Shown here piece by piece: positions 1 to 8,000 of a stretch of DNA of 64,000 nt. The stretch lies in the NCBI GenBank assembly GCA_015494465.1, contig WGBD01000006.1, positions 10,431 to 74,430 of the forward strand. The letters are read 5' to 3'. The stretch is from Candidatus Omnitrophota bacterium. Its GTDB lineage: Bacteria; Omnitrophota; Gorgyraeia; S143-82. A program made the translations under genes and the position numbers. How positions within the stretch are numbered: position 1 is the first letter of the stretch; each line of letters starts with the position of its first letter. The notes under the pieces were generated by a model, which searched no databases, was not told where the DNA came from, and saw only the letters and a program-made list of their open reading frames with translations.

Positions 1-2027
1 TCATCCAAAGACCTCTCCGCCTCCGCCACCTCCCGGGAGACTTCCTCCATCTCTCTGGACAATTCTGCTAATCTCTCACTTATCCGGGAGACCTCACCCT
101 TAATCTCGTTGAGCTTCCCGGTGAGGAATACCTCTTCCTCGTTCAATACATCCATCTGGGCTTGAGACTCCTTCAGGGCGGATTCGAGAGAAGACAGAAG
201 CCGTCTGTCCTGCTCCACCTTGCTGCGTATAGAGTCTATCTGCCTATCAAAGGCCCTCTTGTACTCATAGGCCTCATCAAGGGCCTTCTTGGCCTCCATC
301 AGTTCCCGGTCCTTCTCACCAACCAGCCTCTCGAGTTCCGTTTTTCTATCCTTTAGTTCGGAGAGGTGCCTCGGCAGGGCCCTTGCCTCACAGACCACAT
401 GTATCCAGTTATCCCTCTCCTCTATGACCTGTTCCACCCGGGCGATGATACTGCCTATGTCAAAACCTGCCTTCTCTATCCACAGGTCCACTTTACGGGG
501 CTCGGGCAGGGTTATGTAACGGGCCTCCAGATGAGAGAGCATATCCATCTGGGCGTTCAGGGCAGAGACCTCTGCCTTCAGGGCCTCCAGTTCGGCCTCC
601 AACGCAGAATACCTCTTGGAGGCCTCCCGTATCCTGTCCTCCGCGGAGGGGATCTGTCTGTCCTGTATCTCGGATATGCGGGCCAAGTCCTCCTCTATTC
701 GTCTTTTCGTCTCATCTACCCTGCGGTGAATATCTTCTAACTCCTTTTGGAGTTGTCCTTTTTGCTGGCGCACATACCTCAGCTCCGACTCCACAGATCG
801 GATGTCCAACTCCCTTTCCTTCTGCTCGTTCACCAGATCTGCGTGGGCCCGGTTCAGCTCGAACAGTCGCGCCTTTAAATTTTCGAGGTGCCTTTCCTTA
901 TCCACGACGGAAGAGAGGATCTCTGAGAGCCTTCTGTCCACCTCCGCGCGCTTTCGCTCGACCTCCTCCCGTCTGGCACGCAATTCCTCCAGTTCTCCCT
1001 CCATCGCGCATATCTGGCGCCGTCTTTCGTCCAGCCTGCCGGCTATCTGTTCCCCCTCCCGGTAAAACAGTTCCTTCTGGTGCTCGAATTCCTTGATCCT
1101 CTCCTCGTTCATAGATATCTTGAGGCCCGCCTGCTCGTAATCTCCAAACCGTGCGGAAAGTTTCTCCTGCACTTCATTTATCTTTTCCTCCAGTTCTATT
1201 ACCTTCATCCTCAGGCGTTCTATCTCAGCAGACAATTCCCCTTGGGCCTTCTCCTTGATATGTATAGAGGCCTTTATCGTTTCCAGTTCAGCGCTCAACT
1301 TTTCCCGCTCCCCTTCAATAGAGGAAAGGGAATGGAGTGCAAGGCAGGTCTCCTTCTCCTTTAACTCGTTCATGAGTTCTTGATAGCGCAGGGCCTTTTT
1401 GGCCTGACGCTCCAGAGAGGAGAGTTGCCGTTTCACCTCTGCCATGATGTCCGCCACCCGCAGGAGGTTCTGCTCAGTCTCAGCGAGCTTGCGCAGGGTC
1501 TCTTTCTTCTTGCTCTTGTACTTGGTAATACCCGCCGCCTCGTCAAAGACCAGTCTCCTCTCGTCGGGCTTTGCGCTTAACAAGAGGTCTATCTTACCCT
1601 GTTCCACTATGGAGTAGGCCTCCGCACCTATACCGGTACCCATCAGGAGCTCGTTGATGTCCTTTAGTCTGACCTGATTACGGTTCAACAGGTATTCACT
1701 CTCCCCGGAGCGGAAGAGGCGGCGGGTGATCACCACCTCGTCCGCGTCGTAGTTAAGGACCCGGTCGGAATTGTCGAACCACACCGAGACCTCAGCCATG
1801 TTCAGGGCAGGGATGCGATCCGTACCGTTGAATATCACATCCTCCATCCGGCTGGCCCGCAGAGAGCGGGTGCTCTGCTCCCCCAAGGCCCACTTGATAG
1901 CGTCTAAGATGTTTGACTTACCGCACCCGTTGGGCCCAACGATAATGGTTATCCCCGGCAAGAAGTCCAGAGATGTCTTCTCCGCAAACGACTTGAATCC
2001 GAATATCTCTAATCTCTTCAGATACAT
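1..2027 (-). CDS. smc: Chromosome segregation protein SMC, N-terminal part (runs off the left edge; missing from the ORF track)
   Basis: Manual translation from ATG at 2027: MYLKRLEIFGFKSFAEKT...IVGPNGCGKSNILDAIKWALGEQS (Walker A), RRLFRSGESEY, YSIVEQGKID, AAGITKYK, then coiled-coil. Confidence 0.96.
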   Translation of the reverse strand, partial: MYLKRLEIFGFKSFAEKTSLDFLPGITIIVGPNGCGKSNILDAIKWALGEQSTRSLRASRMEDVIFNGTDRIPALNMAEVSVWFDNSDRVLNYDADEVVITRRLFRSGESEYLLNRNQVRLKDINELLMGTGIGAEAYSIVEQGKIDLLLSAKPDERRLVFDEAAGITKYKSKKKETLRKLAETEQNLLRVADIMAEVKRQLSSLERQAKKALRYQELMNELKEKETCLALHSLSSIEGEREKLSAELETIKASIHIKEKAQGELSAEIERLRMKVIELEEKINEVQEKLSARFGDYEQAGLKISMNEERIKEFEHQKELFYREGEQIAGRLDERRRQICAMEGELEELRARREEVERKRAEVDRRLSEILSSVVDKERHLENLKARLFELNRAHADLVNEQKERELDIRSVESELRYVRQQKGQLQKELEDIHRRVDETKRRIEEDLARISEIQDRQIPSAEDRIREASKRYSALEAELEALKAEVSALNAQMDMLSHLEARYITLPEPRKVDLWIEKAGFDIGSIIARVEQVIEERDNWIHVVCEARALPRHLSELKDRKTELERLVGEKDRELMEAKKALDEAYEYKRAFDRQIDSIRSKVEQDRRLLSSLESALKESQAQMDVLNEEEVFLTGKLNEIKGEVSRISERLAELSREMEEVSREVAEAERSLD

Positions 2028-2044
2028 AGCAAGTATTATAACAC
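2028..2044 (-). promoter_or_regulatory. Extended -10 promoter (TGtTATAAT) for smc, probably leaderless
   Basis: TATAAT at 2040-2035 with TG one base upstream; 7 nt to the ATG; no SD. Confidence 0.55.
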
Positions 2045-2067
2045 GCTACCCTGTAGCAGATACACCC

Positions 2068-5000
2068 TCATTCGTAGAAAACCACGCCACCTTTTACCGG
2101 CAGGCGGGTGCGCTTGCCCGGCTGTAATAGGCGATTTACCGGATAGAACCTCGTCCTCCACGATTCCACAACCGAAAACATCGCGGATCTTTCCTCCCCA
2201 GTGAACAGATACCGCAACTCCCAGAGGAAGTTCACCGCATAATCTACCTTCCTGACCAAGTTCCTACCTTTCCTCTTGAGGATCTGAGAGAGATATTCCT
2301 TGACGAACGGATACCTACTACCTATCCCCAACCTATCCCAGCGCTCAGGATTAAAGGAGAGGAGGTTGAACAAGACCTTAGATCCCAAGCCCGGTGCCCG
2401 ACTCACTTTCTCACTGAGGAGTTGATAACTTAGAGGGACACCGCTCCAGGCCGAAACGAACCCCAACACCCCTTCCCGCGCAAGTAGGTCCAGAACCTTG
2501 AACGGATCGTAATAGGTATCCTCTATCCGGGTATTGGCCAGATCGTAGAGAAAGCGGGGAGACAGTCTAGAGCTGAGACTCGAGAGGGCCTCCAACCTCA
2601 AGCATTCCCCATAGGGGCCCATGTGGGATATAATGTGGAGAACAAGGTTCTCTGCCTTCCTCTGCAGGGAATCGTTACTCCGGAGGATGCGGTATATCTG
2701 GGAGCGATATTTTGGATACAACTTAGAGACGGTACTGCCTATCTTGAACAGGATCCCCTCTCCATTCGAGGTCAATACTCGCCTGGGCCTCCGAGAAAGC
2801 CTCTTCCAGATATACCACCCTGTCAATCCAATTACTGCAGGGAAGAACAACGGCGTAATGGAAAAGAGACTCGCCTGCAATAAGCTGTACTTGATTCCGT
2901 TCAAGGTCAGGGGCAATAAGAATAAAGCAAAGGAATTTAACTTAGTTCCAGCGCCTTCTTCCAATCGCATCCGGATCAATCTGGTGTCCAGCGTCCTATA
3001 GAACTTGCTCAGATCCTCTGCAGCATTTTTGACCAACTCCCTCTCATCCGGACGCATGCCTTTACCGACGAATCTCTCCTCAAATTCCCACAAAAGCCTT
3101 GCGTCGTGCTCGAAGTCCTGCATATGATTCAAATAGTACTCAATCAAGACATCGTTCACTTTTTCGTCTCCAGTCAACATACTCAAAACGCACAGGGCCG
3201 TCCTCCAGCGCGCATAGTGAGCGAGGTTGTTAAACCTGTCTGGCTGGACTCCTGCCCTAATCATCCGAGAAAACACCCTAGGATTAATCACTATCACATC
3301 GCGCAAGAACTTCCTGTAAGCCAAAACCCTTGCCTCGTCTTCGAAGAATTCCGCGATCCCACTGTAATGAGGCAAAAGGGTAAAATTGTAGGAGGCTTTC
3401 CATCCTGGAATCATCTTCGCACGGAACAAGATTGGCCAGGACTCAACGGGAACCATACCGCTCCCAGTATAATATATCGAAAAGAACTTAAGGATACCTG
3501 AATAAAAGCCCTCAAGCTCCTGTTTAGTAAAGTCCCTCGCCTTTCTTAAGCGCTCCAGATACATTTGGGCCCACTCTTGGGACTTCTCGGGATCTCTAGG
3601 AGCCAACGGCAACAGACTGTACAACGATATCACGATTGCAGGAGGTCCGTGATGTTTAGGTCCAACTTTATAACTTGAAAGTTTGCGCAAGGGGTTATAG
3701 TTTTTAGGGGGAAGGTGCCATAAGAACGATATGCTCGTGTGCTTCCACTTCTTGACGATCCGGGCCACAGGCATCTCCAGATCGATGGCGGGAACGGCGA
3801 AAGTTATAATCCCGCCGTTAGGATAGAAAAACACGAAGGCACCCATATCAAAAACCCGGGCCAATTCTCCTCCCATGGATTCTTTGCTCTTCGAGGAAAC
3901 GGTTATATGTAATATTGATTGAGAACCTATGGACAATGAGCCTATGCCTCTTAGTCTATTACTGGGTTTTATGTGGTTCGCCCGTTCGATTATCTCTCTA
4001 CTAGAGGGTAAACCAACGAATACCGGAAATGCATCGTTGACGCGGGGGAATAGATCTTCTATTCGAATGTGGTACTGCTTCCTCTTCATCGAGAACTCGC
4101 AAATCTTATTCCCCTCGGAGTCAAAGACAACTCGTTTTCCAAGATCGGGGAAGGATTCCACTGTAACCTTTCCCAAGATCAGATTGAGCTTACCCTGTCT
4201 CTTAATCAGTTTTATCACCCTCTTATTCTCGGACTTTTTCTCCACTTTGAAGATCGCTTCTTTCTTTATCCACCAAGGCAGGACCCGACGCACATTGATT
4301 TCTACCCTAGCCATACTCACCTGATAATGCGTCTTACGCCACGAATCGTACTCGACGATCTTCACCTTATCCTTATCTTCGCCTTTAAACCACATAAAGG
4401 TAGATTCTCCCAGTTCCCTCCATTGGCCGGGAGTATAGATTATGTCCAGATTCGGGTGCTTGCTAAGCACCCTAAAACGATTCTTGGCTTTATCCACCAA
4501 GATCACAAACACCTCTTCCCAGTTTATCCAATTTTCTCTCTTTAAATAGAAGGTAAACTTAATGTCAGGGCCTGCATTCTCCTCCAATACACCTTTCATC
4601 GTGTAAGAGCCATTCTTCAGCAACTCGTAAAGTGGACTGCCTTCCCAATACACGGACTTAGCAAATCCGCACTTATAACCGCCGAAGTCCAAAGAAAATG
4701 CCGATTGGTGCCCCACGAATACAGGATGCCTGGTCTTTACGAACTTCCCACTCTGCACCGGTTTAACATAGTCCGGGAACAGCTTGGCGGGGGACAACAC
4801 GAGCTCCCGTTTCCCGGACTGTCCGAAGACAAACTTATTGACCTCCTCCCAGCCTAAGAAAGAAGAAATACTCATCCCGTCTTTATCTTTACGATACAAG
4901 CGGGCTCGCATCCCATTCTCCGAGAAGACGAAATCGAGAGAAAAAGCATAAGAGAGCCTCTGTTCGTCTCTTAAGAGATCCACTCCACGCTTCAGGATCA

Positions 5001-8000
5001 TGCTTCCCACGACCGGGGTTATCTGTTCGTAAAAATCTATTATGATCGTTTTTTCTTTTTCTAATTCTAAGACTCGGGAGACGACTATGTACTTATTAAT
5101 GTCTACCCTTTTAGGTTGAGCCCACAACCCGGATAGACTCGTCCACTTGGGCATGCGTAGCATTACCCACTCACAATCGATTGGATAATCCCTGAAGAAC
5201 TTCTCTACGAGAGAAGAAGCCAATAACATCTTTTTACCACCAGCCGCGTTCGCAAAAGATATCTTCTTTATCTCTCTCCACCAAGACCCATCGTAAGGAA
5301 TGGACTTTTCTATGTAGGAAAGCATATCTAGAAAGGTCATGTCTTCCTTACCGTTGGGTACCTTGCAAAGGCAAAAAGACTTGGAAAGACCTGCTAAGAC
5401 CAGATAATACCTGTAATCTCGCTTCTCGTCCTCTGGAAAGGCGATGCAATACATAGCCTTGCGCATGTAATCTAGCTCCCAGTTGCGGGTTATTTTAAAG
5501 ATAGGGTCGATAGAATCAACTATCGGTTTTCCCGAACCCCCTTTTAACCCAATCCAGCTCACCGTCTTTCGAACATGCAGGGCTTTACTCACCGGAACCG
5601 CAACCAACGAGACCTTTAAGACCTTATCAAGCAACTGCTTGGCTATACCAAATTCGTCGAAGATCTCCACTCTAGCACCGTATATCACCATCCTCGGTAC
5701 CCACTGCCCTCCTAACGGATGGGGCTCCAACCACACGATAACTGGCACATAACGACCGCCTATCTGGGCCCCTACTACCGCTATCTTGGTCTCATTCCCA
5801 AGCTCAAGACCCAGCTTTTTTAGTTTGTTCAAGAAGGGTTTCCGCTTCTCTATGCCCTCCCAGATCACCTTCTCGTGTCCCTTCAAAAGATCCGCCACCT
5901 TAAGAAGGGAGTCGGTCGCAACCACACTGCGATCTCCGTGGAGCTCTAGGTAGAGGCTGGTAAGGAGGGACCTGGTAGCTTTGAAGTTGTCAGGCAGGCG
6001 GTTCACCGGTTTAGAGAAGTGAAGTTCGAAGTGCTTTCCTCCCCTTTTATCGGGGGCCCTCTGCCTGGGCCTTCCTAGATACTTAGCAAGTATCGGCGGC
6101 AAAACCACCTCTGGAGGGGATTTCAAGTTAGGTCCCCACAGGGACAAGTACTGGTCCAGATTATTCAGAAAGTCCCTCAGCCAGCGCAGATCCATGGAGG
6201 CCTTAAGGGGCAAACCTTTTATCTGATGATACCTCAACTCTACCCTATCCACGATATTGCCCCTACCCCAGTCGACCTCGTAATGCCTAAACACCTCTAG
6301 AGGGAAGGTGTTTGGTATGTTCAGTTCTTTTATCAACTCTTTTCCCGAATAGAACCTCACCACTATGTAGGAACTCCCCAGCGGATTGGTCTTTCTCCAG
6401 GCCTCAAGCCAATCCTCTTTGAAGCTAGGCAGGTGTTTCACTGCCTTTGCCAGGTAAAGCTGTTGAAAGTCCTGAAAGATCTTCAGGTCAGGATCCATCG
6501 AGCCAGTGTATTCTGCCACCCTCTCTGCTATCTCGTTCAGGGCCTCGATCAAAGGCCCGTATGCTTCTCGGGCCTTTTCCTCCTCACCTTCTTTACTGGC
6601 GATGAGATCCTTCAGCTCCCCTGCCAAGGGGACTTCAGCGATATCGACCTTCTCTGCCTCCAATCTGGACCGGACCTCCTCCAATAAGGAGCTGACTAGT
6701 GATGCTTTCCCTCGGCTAAACTCTACCATCCGCTTCAGGCTATCCTCCAACCACTTAAGCTCCCCTTTCCTCTTCTTCCACTGCTTGGGCTTGGTGAAAG
6801 AGAAGGTCTTTGCGTACCTGACGAGGGACTCCACTAACCAACCCTTTACCTCTTTCGAATCGATTATTCCCCTGGATAGGACTTCGTCTGTCGGCTCCTC
6901 CAGGGCATCGATCGCAGTTAGACCAATGGCAGGGATCAGGTTCTCACCAAGGGACCTAGAGAGGACGGTTCTTAGTCCATCCCAGAACTCCTCTTTGTTG
7001 TTCACCGCAAGCTCGCCCACGACGAAGGAGAGATAGGAAAGCACCATCATCCTAGACCAAGCAGAACGGTCTTCGATTCCCTTCAAGATCGGGGCGAGTT
7101 CGCCCTTTACCACGAACCAAGGTAAATCTTCTTCTGGGAGATCCAAGGGGCCACTCAGATCGTAGGCCAGAGAATCCAGCCTCTCCTCCATATCCTCTGT
7201 CTCCTCCAGCCCACGGGAGGCCAAAACCGCAGAAGCGAAGGCCTTAAAGGCCCTACCGTAAAGGTGAAAGATCCTCAGATCGCTCGCTAAGAGATAGTCT
7301 GCGTACCTCCCCAAGGACTTGACCTCCTCATTTTTGTCCCAGCGATCAAATCGCTCCAGGGCCACGACCAACATAAGCGATGGTAGAACTCCACCAGAAA
7401 AGGCCTTTCGATCGAGAATCGCCGGCATCTTGCCCTTGAGGAGAGATCGGATCCCCTCCAAAGACTTCCTCGCGGATCTGGGGATCCCTTGGGCAGACTT
7501 CGAGCTCAAGGTCTTTTCGATCACTGCCTTCACATCCTCAGGCCTGTCTAGCCACCAAAGCAGTATCAACAAGGGTTCAACTACTCCGGGATAGGTGAAC
7601 GAGAAACCACCGGAAAGGCGTTTGAGGGAATCGACGATCTCACTCAAGCCTTTTGGTTCTGACGGACCTGACCGGTCGAGGCGATAGACCACTGCCTCAA
7701 GTAGATCTGCCAGGAAGACTTCCTCCTCAGGTGCAATTCCGTCTACGGACTCCAACCTATCCTTCAAGGCAGAGACCCAGTTCTCTCCCTGAAGCAGGAC
7801 CAAGGCACATGAGAAAAGCATGCGATACTTCCTATAGTCGGGATGGGAGAGCAACCGCTTGATCTGGCCGATCAACCAGTTGGTTTGATCAGGGGATAGA
7901 GAAGAAAGATCTCGATTCAACTCTGCAAACCTCCCTTCCCCCAACAAGCCAGCAAAACGAAGAGCGCACACGAAGGGATCGGTTTGCCAGTAAGGTTCGC

